Below are positions 9,556 to 19,195 of a stretch of 42,222 nucleotides of DNA, piece by piece. The DNA lies in NCBI GenBank assembly GCA_964566765.1, contig CAZMJI010000002.1, forward strand, positions 1 to 42,222, in the 5' to 3' direction. The DNA comes from an uncultured Piscirickettsiaceae bacterium. GTDB lineage: Bacteria; Pseudomonadota; Gammaproteobacteria; PS1; Pseudothioglobaceae. The translations under genes and the position numbers were made by a program. Within the stretch, counting starts at the first letter, position 1. Each line of letters opens with the position of its first letter. The notes under the pieces were generated by a model. The model saw only the letters and a program-made list of their open reading frames with translations. It had not been told where the DNA came from and did not search any database.

Positions 9556-10800
9556 TTGCGCCACTTTTCTTATCAAAACCAAACCTTATACGCTGAATCG
9601 GTTGAGATGCTGGATTTGGTGGCGCGCTATGGCTCGCCACTGTATGTCTACTCACGTACTGAAATTGAGCAGAATTGGTTAACCTTTGATCAGGCATTCG
9701 GTGCTCACGATCATCTGGTTTGCTATGCGGTTAAGGCCAATTCTAATTTGGCCGTATTAAATGTTTTGGCCAAGCTGGGCGCGGGATTTGACATCGTGTC
9801 AGTGGGCGAGCTTGAGCGTGTACTGGCCGCTGGTGGCGATCCAGCCAAGTGCGTATTCTCCGGCGTGGCCAAAACTGCCGATGAGATCAAGCGTGCCTTA
9901 ACGGTCGGCGTGTATTGTTTCAATGTTGAATCTGAGGCCGAATTAGAGCGCATTGAGCGGGTGGCCAGCGAGTTGGATTGTAAGGCGCCTATTTCCATTC
10001 GTGTGAACCCGAATGTGGACGCCAAAACACATCCTTATATCTCGACCGGCCTTAAAGAGAATAAATTTGGTATTGACATTGAGCTGGCACCGGCCATTTA
10101 TCAAAAAGCACAGGCTTCTGAGCATCTAGACATCAAAGGCATTGACTGCCATATTGGCTCGCAACTCACCGAGGTGTCACCATTTTTAGATGCACTGGAT
10201 AAAGTATTGGACCTGGTCACCAAGCTGCAAGATCTGGGCATTGATATCAGCCACCTGGATTTGGGCGGTGGTATTGGCATCTGCTACGAAGACGAAACCA
10301 CCATCGACATTCAACAGTATGTTGAACAATTGTTGGCTAAAGTTGGCGATCTTAAAATTATTCTAGAGCCGGGTCGCGCAATCGTTGGCAATGCTGGTGC
10401 GTTGGTGACCAAGGTTGAATTTTTAAAGCAAAACTCACACAAGTCGTTCGCCATTATTGATGGCGCCATGAACGATTTACTCAGACCGGCGTTTTACAAC
10501 GCTTATCATCAAGTTTGGCCATTGATGCAAAAGGACAGCGGCATCACTGCCCAGTGGGATTTGGTGGGGCCGATTTGTGAAACCGGTGATTTCTTGGCCA
10601 AAGATCGAGAGCTCACTTTAGAGCCAGGCGATTGCCTGGCACTGATGTCGGCCGGCGCTTATGGTTTTACCATGAGCTCCAACTACAATTCTAGACCACG
10701 CGCAGCAGAGGTGTTGGTCTCAGGCGATAAACACACATTGATTCGCGAGCGTGAAACCATCGCCGATCTATTTGATAAGGAGCACTTGGCCGATGACTAA
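9556..10800 (+). CDS. lysA: Diaminopimelate decarboxylase
   Basis: The PLP site YAVKANSNLAVL is present. The N-terminus HFSYQNQTLYAESV...YGSPLYVYSR aligns from residue 2 with proteobacterial LysA, which implies the TTG start at 9556. Confidence 0.95.
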   Translation: MRHFSYQNQTLYAESVEMLDLVARYGSPLYVYSRTEIEQNWLTFDQAFGAHDHLVCYAVKANSNLAVLNVLAKLGAGFDIVSVGELERVLAAGGDPAKCVFSGVAKTADEIKRALTVGVYCFNVESEAELERIERVASELDCKAPISIRVNPNVDAKTHPYISTGLKENKFGIDIELAPAIYQKAQASEHLDIKGIDCHIGSQLTEVSPFLDALDKVLDLVTKLQDLGIDISHLDLGGGIGICYEDETTIDIQQYVEQLLAKVGDLKIILEPGRAIVGNAGALVTKVEFLKQNSHKSFAIIDGAMNDLLRPAFYNAYHQVWPLMQKDSGITAQWDLVGPICETGDFLAKDRELTLEPGDCLALMSAGAYGFTMSSNYNSRPRAAEVLVSGDKHTLIRERETIADLFDKEHLADD

Positions 10801-11095
10801 GCTGAGCAACAACCAAAAGAAATTCTTGCGCTCGATGGGGCATCACCTAAAGCCGGTGATTATGGTGGGCCAACATGGCCTCAGTGAAGGCGTGCTGGCT
10901 GAGTTAGAAGCCACCATGGGCAAACACGAGCTGATCAAGATCAAGATTCGCACCGATGATCGTGAAGACAAGCAACAAATGATTGATCAGATTCTAAAAT
11001 TTTCACAATCGCACCTGGTTCAAGTGGTGGGCAACGTTCTGGTGATCTACCGCCCATTTGATGAAGAGCCACAGATCGTCCTACCAAGAAAATGA
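10793..11095 (+). CDS. yhbY: YhbY/CRS1-type ribosome assembly RNA-binding protein
   Basis: L....KKFLRS.GHHLKPV.MVG..GL is the CRM domain signature. The ATG overlaps the lysA stop by 8 nt. Confidence 0.8.
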   Translation: MTKLSNNQKKFLRSMGHHLKPVIMVGQHGLSEGVLAELEATMGKHELIKIKIRTDDREDKQQMIDQILKFSQSHLVQVVGNVLVIYRPFDEEPQIVLPRK

Positions 11096-12177
11096 AGATT
11101 GCCATTAGCGCTGCCGAAACCTCAGGCGACTTAATTGCGGCGCCGGTGGTTGCTGCGCTAAAGGCACAACAACCTGATGCGCAAATCCAAGGCCTAACTG
11201 GCGATAAGATGCAAGCCCAAGGCGCGCATCGATTGTGGCCTTTGGAGCGGGTTAATGTGATGGGCTTCACCGAAGTCTTAAAAAAACTTCCCGATATCTT
11301 AACCCTAAGACGGCAGATGTTTGATTACTTTGCCAAGCAGCGCCCTGACGTGTTTGTGGGCGTGGATGCACCGGACTTTAATCTCAAGCTGGAACGCCAA
11401 TTAAAGACAGAAGGAATTAAGACCATACATCTGGTCTCACCCTCAGTTTGGGCTTGGCGACAAAAACGCGTCGAGAAAATCAAGCAGTCGTGTGATTTGG
11501 TGTTGTGCCTATTCCCTTTCGAGGTGGCGTTTTACCAGCAGCACGGCCAGGCTGCACGTTTTATTGGCCATCCTTTGGCGCAGCAACTAAAACCCAGAGG
11601 CAAACATCAAACCAGCAATAAAGTGGTGCTGATGCCGGGCTCAAGAAGCGCAGAGATCAAACAATTATTGCCAGAGATGCTGGGAGCGACCCAATGCATC
11701 AGTAAGCAGCACCCGCAGCTGCAATACCAATTGGTATTAGCCAATCAGCAGCAGTTGGAAGAGGTGCAGCCCATGCTGACCGAAAGTAACATTCAGGTGT
11801 CGGTGGGCGATGCGCATGCGCAGATCAAGCAAGCCGATTTGGTGTTGGTGGCTTCAGGTACGGCCAGCTTGGAGGTGGCACTAATTGGCGTGCCGATGGT
11901 GGTGATCTATCGTCTGTCTTCGCTGAGTTATCAGATTGCCTCTAGACTGCTGAAAACCCCGTATGTGTCCTTACCAAATATCTTAGCTGGCAAAGCCTTG
12001 GTGCCGGAGTTAATTCAAGATCAGGCTCGAGACGATCAGATTGCCGAGCAGGCGTTGGCCCTATTGGGTCAAGATCATACGCAGTTGACCCAAGCCTTTG
12101 CGCAAATCCATGAGTCTTTGTGCCAGGATTCTGCCGAGCAGGCAGCACAGGCAATTTTAGAGGTGGCAGGTGGCTGA
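11092..12177 (+). CDS. lpxB: Lipid-A-disaccharide synthase
   Basis: The N-terminus MKIAISAAETSGD and the MPGSRSAEI motif are present, with length and order matching LpxB. An ATGA overlap links it to yhbY. Confidence 0.9.
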   Translation: MKIAISAAETSGDLIAAPVVAALKAQQPDAQIQGLTGDKMQAQGAHRLWPLERVNVMGFTEVLKKLPDILTLRRQMFDYFAKQRPDVFVGVDAPDFNLKLERQLKTEGIKTIHLVSPSVWAWRQKRVEKIKQSCDLVLCLFPFEVAFYQQHGQAARFIGHPLAQQLKPRGKHQTSNKVVLMPGSRSAEIKQLLPEMLGATQCISKQHPQLQYQLVLANQQQLEEVQPMLTESNIQVSVGDAHAQIKQADLVLVASGTASLEVALIGVPMVVIYRLSSLSYQIASRLLKTPYVSLPNILAGKALVPELIQDQARDDQIAEQALALLGQDHTQLTQAFAQIHESLCQDSAEQAAQAILEVAGG

Positions 12178-12994
12178 TACCAACATTCAGCAAGTGGTCG
12201 CACAAGCCTTGGTCGAGGATCTGGGTAGTGGCGATGTCTCTGCTGCACTATTGGATGAAACCCTGGTTGATGCTCATATTATTTGTCGCGAATCTGCCAT
12301 CTTATGCGGCATTGCTTATGCCAGTGAAGCCTTTGCGCAACTGGATCAGCGCATTCGTGTTGACTGGGCGGTTGAGGACGGACAAGCGCTAGAGCCTGGG
12401 CAAACAATTTGCCACATCCGTGGCAATGCACGTGCTGTCATTAGCGCCGAACGTGTGGCACTGAATTTTTTGCAGACGCTGAGCGCCACGGCGACGCAGA
12501 CTCGGGCCTTGGTGGATTGCATCAGTCATACTCAGGCTAAGCTGCTGGATACGCGCAAAACCATTCCAGGTTTGCGCTTAGCGCAAAAATATGCCGTCAC
12601 CTGCGGTGGTGGTGAGAACCATCGCATGGGTTTGTATGATGCGCTGATGCTAAAAGAAAACCATATTGCTGCTGCCGGCTCGATCACAGCGGCAGTGACC
12701 AAGGCACAGAGCGCTTATCCATCGCTGCCACTGATTGTTGAGGTGGAAACCTTAGCGCAGCTGCAAGAAACATTGGCACTATCAGGTATTACTCGTATTC
12801 TTTGCGATAATTTTGAACTTGCACAGTTGGCCCAAGCAGTGAAGTTGACCAAAGGTATCTATCCATTAGAGGCCAGTGGCAATATTGACCAGCATAACAT
12901 TGCCGAGGTGGCGGAAACCGGGGTGGATTACATCTCCATTGGCAGCATCACCAAGCACATTCAGGCGATTGATTTTTCACTGCGCTTTGTTTAG
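12170..12994 (+). CDS. nadC: Nicotinate-nucleotide diphosphorylase (carboxylating)
   Basis: The 274-aa protein has ALVEDLG.GD, LDTRKT.PGLR and KENH motifs. Its GTG start overlaps lpxB by 8 nt. Confidence 0.9.
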   Translation: MADTNIQQVVAQALVEDLGSGDVSAALLDETLVDAHIICRESAILCGIAYASEAFAQLDQRIRVDWAVEDGQALEPGQTICHIRGNARAVISAERVALNFLQTLSATATQTRALVDCISHTQAKLLDTRKTIPGLRLAQKYAVTCGGGENHRMGLYDALMLKENHIAAAGSITAAVTKAQSAYPSLPLIVEVETLAQLQETLALSGITRILCDNFELAQLAQAVKLTKGIYPLEASGNIDQHNIAEVAETGVDYISIGSITKHIQAIDFSLRFV

Positions 12995-13741
12995 CGCAAA
13001 AAACACCGGCGACAATAGACTTTCTTGCGTGTTGTAAGTGAGTTCCTGGCCGGATTGATCGACCACCAAACCACCGGCACAGCGCAGAATACAAGCGCCC
13101 GCTGCCGTGTCCCATTCTGAACAAGGACCGAACCTTGGGTAGTAGTCGTAGATGCCTTCAGCAATCTGGCAAAACTTAATCGCACTACCCAGTTTAGAGA
13201 GGCGATGTTCACCGACTTCGTGCAGATGAGATTGCAGCTGTTCGTTTTGTGCCGAGTGATGACCAATCACCACCTCAAGCGGGTTGTGGTTAGCTTGGAC
13301 GCTAAGCTGGGTCGTTTGGCTGTTTTGTAGTTTGTAGGTCAGGCCTTCATCACTGGTGTAATAGTGGGCTTGACTGACAGGCACATAGACCATGCCAAAG
13401 ATAGATTGGTGGTTTTTGATATAAGCAATGCAAATGCAAAACTCACCGGTTTGATCGAGAAAATCCCGCGTACCGTCCAGCGGATCCACCAACCAATACT
13501 CATCCCAACTCTGGCGCTCAGAAAAACCAATCTCGTCACTTTCTTCGGTTAGTACAGGGATGTCTGGCGTAAGTTCTGATAGACCTGCCACCACCATTTG
13601 ATGTGCTTTATGGTCGGCCACGGTAATCGGCGTGTTGTCTGCCTTGGTGCCCGCTTCAATGTTCTGCGCGTAATAGCCCATGATCATTTGACCCATGTCG
13701 GCGGTCAGTTGAATCAGTTGTGGTGTGATCCTGTTAAACAT
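12977..13741 (-). CDS. cysQ: 3'(2'),5'-bisphosphate nucleotidase
   Basis: The inositol-monophosphatase-family motifs WLVDPLDGT and EWDTAAG are present. Length is 254 aa. Confidence 0.85.
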   Translation of the reverse strand: MFNRITPQLIQLTADMGQMIMGYYAQNIEAGTKADNTPITVADHKAHQMVVAGLSELTPDIPVLTEESDEIGFSERQSWDEYWLVDPLDGTRDFLDQTGEFCICIAYIKNHQSIFGMVYVPVSQAHYYTSDEGLTYKLQNSQTTQLSVQANHNPLEVVIGHHSAQNEQLQSHLHEVGEHRLSKLGSAIKFCQIAEGIYDYYPRFGPCSEWDTAAGACILRCAGGLVVDQSGQELTYNTQESLLSPVFFALNKAQ

Positions 13742-13850
13742 AGCCCGACTATCATACCATTGGCCAAGTACATTCTCCCCAAAAAGAGTCAGTGTAATTT
13801 AATACCAAATTGAACTATAATTTCTTACTTTATTGGATTGCGATTAGTTG

Positions 13851-14474
13851 ATGCGTGGTTATTTTATTTATGTATTAGTGGCAAGCGCTACCATTGCCAG
13901 TCCAGGCCCAGGCGTGGTGATGACATTGGTTAATACACTAAAGTGGGGCCTGATTCGCAGCATGCCAGGTGTTTTTGGCGTTTCCCTGGGTATGTTGGTT
14001 ATTGCCATATTGGTTGGCGGTGGACTAAGCGCGGTATTTGTTGCCAAACCAGAGATTTATCTATTGTTAAAAGTGATTGGCGCAGCTTACTTGTTTTATT
14101 TGGGTATTAAGCTAATACGCAGTAGAAACGATGACATTAATATCGATTTGCAGCAAGCAGATAAGAGCACCAAACAGATGATATTGCACGGCATCACCAT
14201 CACCATTACCAACCCCAAGCCCATTGTATTTTTTGCTGCCTTATTTCCGCAGTTTATCGACCTAAGAGAGGGCTACTTGTTCCAGTTTTCTATATTGTCT
14301 CTAACTTTCTGCCTATTAATCATTGTGATTCATCTGCTTTATGGCGTGGTTGCTAACTTTATTAAAAGCCGATCTTCTGGCGGGTATTTTTATTGGGTGA
14401 ACGTATTAGGAGCGATAGCCTATATGCTGTTCTCAGTTTTTTTGTTGCTATCAGACGCCAGCACCAAGCTTTAG
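13851..14474 (+). CDS. LysE/RhtB family amino-acid exporter
   Basis: The six-TM protein has the N-terminal SPGPG motif and NPKP motif typical of the LysE family. Confidence 0.8.
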   Translation: MRGYFIYVLVASATIASPGPGVVMTLVNTLKWGLIRSMPGVFGVSLGMLVIAILVGGGLSAVFVAKPEIYLLLKVIGAAYLFYLGIKLIRSRNDDINIDLQQADKSTKQMILHGITITITNPKPIVFFAALFPQFIDLREGYLFQFSILSLTFCLLIIVIHLLYGVVANFIKSRSSGGYFYWVNVLGAIAYMLFSVFLLLSDASTKL

Positions 14475-14516
14475 TATTGCACTGTTGCAATCGACAGACG
14501 ATTGTTAGTACTTATT

Positions 14517-15929
14517 TTAGCCCTCTGCCTTTGTGGATTCGGTATTGGCGACTTCTCTTTTCCATTTGAGCTTCTTTTCAATAGAAGCAATGATCATGCC
14601 GGCGACGTCTTTTTTCGTGGCACCTTCGATGCCTTCCAGACCAGGTGACGAGTTAACCTCGAGTAGTAATGGTCCTTTTTTCGAGCGAATAATATCAACG
14701 CCTGCAACTTCTAAACCCAGGGTTTTGGCAGCTTTAACCGCTAAGGCTCTTTCTTTCGGCGTAATCTTAACGATTGAAGCCGAGCCGCCTTGGTGGATAT
14801 TAGCCCTAAACTCTCCCGGTGCGGCAGTACGTTGAATCGAGGCAACCACCTTGCCACCAATCACGAAACATCTTAGGTCTTTGCCGTCTGCTTCTTTAAC
14901 AAACTCTTGCACCAGTAGGTTGGCGCGCAAAGATTTAAAGGCATTAATCACCGATTCTGCGGCTTTTTTGGTTTCGGCCAATACCACGCCTCGACCTTGG
15001 GTGCCTTCTAGTAGTTTAACAATCAGGGGCGCGCCATCTACCATCTCGATCAGGTCATTGGTATCCATGGGCGAATTGGCAAAGCCGGTGGTCGGAATAG
15101 ACACGCCGTTTTTAAGCAGCAATTGCAGCGAAAATAATTTGTCTCTAGACTGGGCAATGGCGGCCGAAGAGTTAACGGTGTAGACCTTCATGCTCTCAAA
15201 TTGTCTGGCAATGGCACAGCCGTAGAAGGTGGCACTGGGGCGAATTCGAGTGATCACGGCATCCAGGTCATTGAGGATTTTACCGCCTCGATAATGCACC
15301 TCAGGTTCTTGCGCATCGAGCTTCATATAACATTGTTTAATGTTTAAGAACACCATTTCATGGCCGCGCTCTTCACCGGCTTCTAAGATTCTTTGGTTGC
15401 TGTACAGGTCCTTGTTACTGGCTAATAGGCCAATTTTCAGACCGCTTTTTTTCTGTTTCTTTTTGCCATAGAATTGGCTGATTTCAGTGCTAGAGACTTC
15501 GCCCAAACAAAGACTGAGCGAAGGATCAACAATCATGCGACCATTCATCGCTTGTCTGCCCAGTAGCATGCGATAACCCATCGAGTCACGATTGGCCAGG
15601 GTTAGCTCAATATCCCAGGTTTCGTCACCGGCTTTTAGGGTGGCACCAACCACAATACGGGTCTCAGAAATACCGCTAGAGCTTTTGACTGAACGCTTGT
15701 CCAGTACTGGTCGTTCGCAGCGAATCACCGTGCGTCGATTATTTTGTAGCGGATGCACTTCAAAGCTGACCCAGGCAGCGCCATCGCGTCTAAATGGGCT
15801 GATGTTAAAGGCGTGCATGGAAGAGGTTTTGGCGCCAGAATCAATACGCGCTTTGATGGCTGGAATGCCGAGTTCTGGAAACGACAACCACTCTTCACTA
15901 CCAACGGTTATTTTCTTCGAATCAGACAT
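14517..15929 (-). CDS. rimK: RimK-type ATP-grasp alpha-L-glutamate ligase with fused N-terminal retropepsin-like (RimB/DUF785-type) domain
   Basis: Residues from about 165 to 455 are colinear with E. coli RimK ([33 protein letters not shown]). The N-terminal ~145 aa carry the IDSGAKTS aspartic-protease-like motif. Confidence 0.85.
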   Translation of the reverse strand: MSDSKKITVGSEEWLSFPELGIPAIKARIDSGAKTSSMHAFNISPFRRDGAAWVSFEVHPLQNNRRTVIRCERPVLDKRSVKSSSGISETRIVVGATLKAGDETWDIELTLANRDSMGYRMLLGRQAMNGRMIVDPSLSLCLGEVSSTEISQFYGKKKQKKSGLKIGLLASNKDLYSNQRILEAGEERGHEMVFLNIKQCYMKLDAQEPEVHYRGGKILNDLDAVITRIRPSATFYGCAIARQFESMKVYTVNSSAAIAQSRDKLFSLQLLLKNGVSIPTTGFANSPMDTNDLIEMVDGAPLIVKLLEGTQGRGVVLAETKKAAESVINAFKSLRANLLVQEFVKEADGKDLRCFVIGGKVVASIQRTAAPGEFRANIHQGGSASIVKITPKERALAVKAAKTLGLEVAGVDIIRSKKGPLLLEVNSSPGLEGIEGATKKDVAGMIIASIEKKLKWKREVANTESTKAEG

Positions 15930-16051
15930 AATTGACCCCTGATAAAAACTCAGAGTTTACCCTTAAATAAAGCCCTTGTTGGACAATATTAATGGCTCAA
16001 TAAACCAGTTAATACCACCGATTAACGGAAACAAATCGGGCGTTTGGAAAG

Positions 16052-16128
16052 TGGTGGGCCCACCAGGACTTGAACCTGGGACCAATCGATTATGAGTCGA
16101 CTGCTCTAACCAACTGAGCTATAGGCCC
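16052..16128 (-). tRNA. ileX: tRNA-Ile2 (anticodon CAU, lysidine-dependent)
   Basis: A 77-nt cloverleaf with encoded CCA and anticodon loop CUCAUAA. The acceptor stem GGGCCUA has C4-G69 and C5-G68 like E. coli ileX, unlike elongator Met. Its position just after rpoD matches my recollection of E. coli, where ileX also lies downstream of rpoD. Confidence 0.8.
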
Positions 16129-16134
16129 AAAACC

Positions 16135-17946
16135 TTATTCTAGGAAGCTTGACAGCTTGTGGGCGCGAGATGGGTGTCTAAGCTTGCGCAATGCCTTGGC
16201 TTCAATTTGACGGATACGCTCACGGGTGACATCGAATTGACGTCCCACCTCTTCTAAGGTGTGGTCGGTATTCATGTCAATACCAAAACGCATCTTCAAC
16301 ACCTTGGCTTCACGTGGCGATAGGTTGGCCAATAGATCGGCTGTGGTTTCTTTTAGACTCTCACGGGTGGTAATTTCAACTGGCGAAGACAGGTTGGTGT
16401 CTTCAATAAAATCACCAATGTTTGAATCTTCATCATCACCCACCGGTGTCTCCATCGACAGTGGCTCTTTGGCGATCTTCAAAATCTTAACAATCTTGCT
16501 CTCAGGCAGCTCCATCTCTACTGCCAATTCCTCAGGCGTGGCTTCACGACCATACTTTTGCAATAATTGTCTGCGCACACGGTTAAGCTTATTGATGGTT
16601 TCAATCATGTGCACTGGGATACGAATGGTACGCGCTTGATCGGCGATCGAGCGCGTGATGGCTTGACGAATCCACCAAGTGGCATAGGTCGAGAATTTGT
16701 AACCACGACGATATTCAAATTTATCAACCGCCTTCATCAGACCCACGTTACCTTCTTGAATCAGGTCTAGGAACTGCAGACCACGGTTGGCGTATTTCTT
16801 GGCAATGGAGATTACCAAACGTAGGTTGGCTTCAATCATTTGTGATTTGGCCTTCTTGGCACGACGATCACCACGACGATATAACTTGTTCAGCGCTTTT
16901 AATTCAGCGACGGTAAGCTGCATATCCTCTTCGTAGTCATGCAGATTCTTTTGCGCGTAATAGATCTCATCTTTGGCCGCTTCCAGTTTGCCCGCAACGT
17001 CTTTATCCAGTTTGACACCTTTTAACCAGTCAAAGTTGGTCTCATTGCCTGGGAACGTTTTAAAGAAAACATCGCGCGGCATGCCAGCATATTGGCAAGC
17101 GCTTTGAATGATTTTTTCTTGCTTTTTCACTTGGTCAACACGCTCGCAGATAATCTCCATCATGTTGTTAACCAGCTTAGGCGCTAGACGTAGATCAGAC
17201 AGACCTTTCGACAACTGCTCACGCGCTGCCACGGTCTTGGCGTCTCTAAAGCCATGCTTGTCGCGCACCGCTTCGTAATTTTGTGAACATTGCAAAATGG
17301 TTTCAAAACGCTCATACACTTCCGCCTCGTCTGGGCCAGTGTACTCCATCTCTTCCATTTCTTCGTATTCTTCATCATCGTCAAATTCGCCGGCGTCAAA
17401 CGCTGCCTTCTTTTCTTCGAAAGCTTCAGCATCACCTTGGTAACCAATGATCACATCGGTCATCTTACATTTGCCTTCTTCCAGGCGTTTGTGCGCTTTG
17501 AAGAAGTGCTCGGTGATGGCAGGGTATAGGGTGATGGCTTGCATCACTTCAAACACGCCGGCCTCAATCTCTTTGGCAATGCGAATCTCGTCTTCGTGCT
17601 CTAGCAACTCCACCACGCCCATCTCACGCATGTACATTCTCACTGGGTCGGTAGTACGGCCGAATTCTGAATCTAGTGCGGCCAGGGCTGCAATTGCTGC
17701 TTCAGCAGAAGTTGACTGTGCTTTGGCACCCGTTTCAACCACCAAGGTATCGGCATCTGGCACGGTGTCCGATACTTTAATATCAAGCTCTTCTAAGATA
17801 CTAACAATCGGCTCAATCTGCTCTTCGGTTAGTAGATCTTCAGGCAAAAGATCGTTGAGTTCTGCATAGGTAAGGTAGCCTTTTTCCTTACCGATCATGA
17901 TGATGGTTTGTAGTGCTTGCTTATGGGCTTTAGTCGTTGACTTCAT
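16135..17946 (-). CDS. rpoD: RNA polymerase sigma factor RpoD (sigma-70)
   Basis: The 603-aa protein has [27 protein letters not shown] (region 2) and [32 protein letters not shown] (region 4.2), plus an acidic non-conserved region. Confidence 0.97.
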   Translation of the reverse strand: MKSTTKAHKQALQTIIMIGKEKGYLTYAELNDLLPEDLLTEEQIEPIVSILEELDIKVSDTVPDADTLVVETGAKAQSTSAEAAIAALAALDSEFGRTTDPVRMYMREMGVVELLEHEDEIRIAKEIEAGVFEVMQAITLYPAITEHFFKAHKRLEEGKCKMTDVIIGYQGDAEAFEEKKAAFDAGEFDDDEEYEEMEEMEYTGPDEAEVYERFETILQCSQNYEAVRDKHGFRDAKTVAAREQLSKGLSDLRLAPKLVNNMMEIICERVDQVKKQEKIIQSACQYAGMPRDVFFKTFPGNETNFDWLKGVKLDKDVAGKLEAAKDEIYYAQKNLHDYEEDMQLTVAELKALNKLYRRGDRRAKKAKSQMIEANLRLVISIAKKYANRGLQFLDLIQEGNVGLMKAVDKFEYRRGYKFSTYATWWIRQAITRSIADQARTIRIPVHMIETINKLNRVRRQLLQKYGREATPEELAVEMELPESKIVKILKIAKEPLSMETPVGDDEDSNIGDFIEDTNLSSPVEITTRESLKETTADLLANLSPREAKVLKMRFGIDMNTDHTLEEVGRQFDVTRERIRQIEAKALRKLRHPSRAHKLSSFLE

Positions 17947-18005
17947 ACGGTTTCAAATGGTGAATTTAACAATCCAAAGAACGGATTATACCTAAAGTTT
18001 TTGGC

Positions 18006-18027
18006 TAAAAATCATCGCCTTGCGACG
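18006..18027 (-). terminator. Candidate intrinsic terminator after prs
   Basis: On the minus strand, CGUCGC-aag-GCGAUG (6 bp including one G-U pair) is followed by AUUUUU. A TATAAT box (plus strand 17985-17990) follows upstream of rpoD. Confidence 0.4.
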
Positions 18028-18032
18028 CTGTT

Positions 18033-18992
18033 TTAGCTCTCAACAAAGATGCTGCTCACTGACTGTTCTTTACTGATGCGCTGGATCACATCAGCCATGG
18101 TTGGTGCGATAGACAGCTGTTGGATTTTGTCGCATTTAACCGCGTCTTCTCTAAGCGGAATGGTGTTGGTCACCACCAGTCTGTCAATCACTGAATTACT
18201 GATGTTCTCAATCGCATTGCCTGAGAGCACGGCGTGTGTGGCGTAGGCAACCACGCGTTTAGCGCCTTTTTCTTTAAGGATCGCGGCCGCTTGACATAGG
18301 GTGCCGGCAGTATCGACCATGTCGTCGATCAGCACACAAGTACGGCCTTCAACATCACCGATCACGTTCATCACTTTCACCATGTTTGGTGCTGGACGAC
18401 GCTTATCGATAATGGCCAGATCTGCATCATTCAGACGCTTGGCTGCAGCACGAGCGCGGACCACACCGCCCACGTCTGGCGAGACCACCACCACATCGCT
18501 GTAGTTCTTAGAAAGAATGTGGTTAACCAATACCGGTTGTGCATAAATGTTGTCGATCGGAATGTTAAAGAAGCCTTGAATTTGGTCGGCGTGTAGATCA
18601 ACCGTTAGAATGCGGTCAATGCCAGAGGCTTCCACCATTTTGGCAGCCAACTTGGCAGTAATCGGTACACGGGTTAGTCGAGAGCGGCGATCTTGTCTTG
18701 AATAACCAAAATAAGGCACAACTGCGGTGATTCTAGCTGCAGAAGAGCGCTTCAGCGCGTCTGCCATCACCAATAATTCCATCAGCGTTTCAGCCGGCGA
18801 CGGGCCACAAGTTGGCTGAATGATAAAGACGTCACAACCACGCACGTTTTCCAGGATTTCAACCTGAGATTCGCCATCGCTAAAACGACCCACCAGGGCT
18901 TTGCCTTGAGTCACGTCTAGGGTTGAAATGATTTCACCAGAAAGGCCAGGATTGGCGTTACCGCTAAAGATTTTAATGGTATCAAGAGACAT
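18033..18992 (-). CDS. prs: Ribose-phosphate pyrophosphokinase
   Basis: The PRPP-binding loop [24 protein letters not shown] and YFGYSRQDR are present. Confidence 0.95.
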   Translation of the reverse strand: MSLDTIKIFSGNANPGLSGEIISTLDVTQGKALVGRFSDGESQVEILENVRGCDVFIIQPTCGPSPAETLMELLVMADALKRSSAARITAVVPYFGYSRQDRRSRLTRVPITAKLAAKMVEASGIDRILTVDLHADQIQGFFNIPIDNIYAQPVLVNHILSKNYSDVVVVSPDVGGVVRARAAAKRLNDADLAIIDKRRPAPNMVKVMNVIGDVEGRTCVLIDDMVDTAGTLCQAAAILKEKGAKRVVAYATHAVLSGNAIENISNSVIDRLVVTNTIPLREDAVKCDKIQQLSIAPTMADVIQRISKEQSVSSIFVES

Positions 18993-19120
18993 AGATTGCT
19001 GCTATGGTTTGGATAAATTGCTCATTATACGCCGATCAAAATCGTTGTTGTTTGATAAACCAATGTGGGGTGAAGAAAATTGTCACGATGTTGTATTTTC
19101 TCTCTTGGCGTATGGGAAAT

Positions 19121-19195
19121 TGGCTGGGCTGGCAGGATTCGAACCTGCGCATGACGGGATCAAAACCCGTTGCCTTACCGCTTGGCGACAGCCCA
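19121..19195 (-). tRNA. tRNA-Gln (anticodon UUG)
   Basis: This 75-nt sequence, UGGGCUGUCGCCAAGCGGUAAGGCAACGGGUUUUGAUCCCGU...CCAGCCA, closely resembles E. coli tRNA-Gln, including the U1-A72 pair. Confidence 0.9.

Noticed and set aside
17447-17869. 140-aa plus-strand, Ser-rich ORF, together with other ORFs inside rpoD.
   Set aside because: It is antisense to rpoD, and its Ser/Ala-rich sequence is a shadow-frame artefact.
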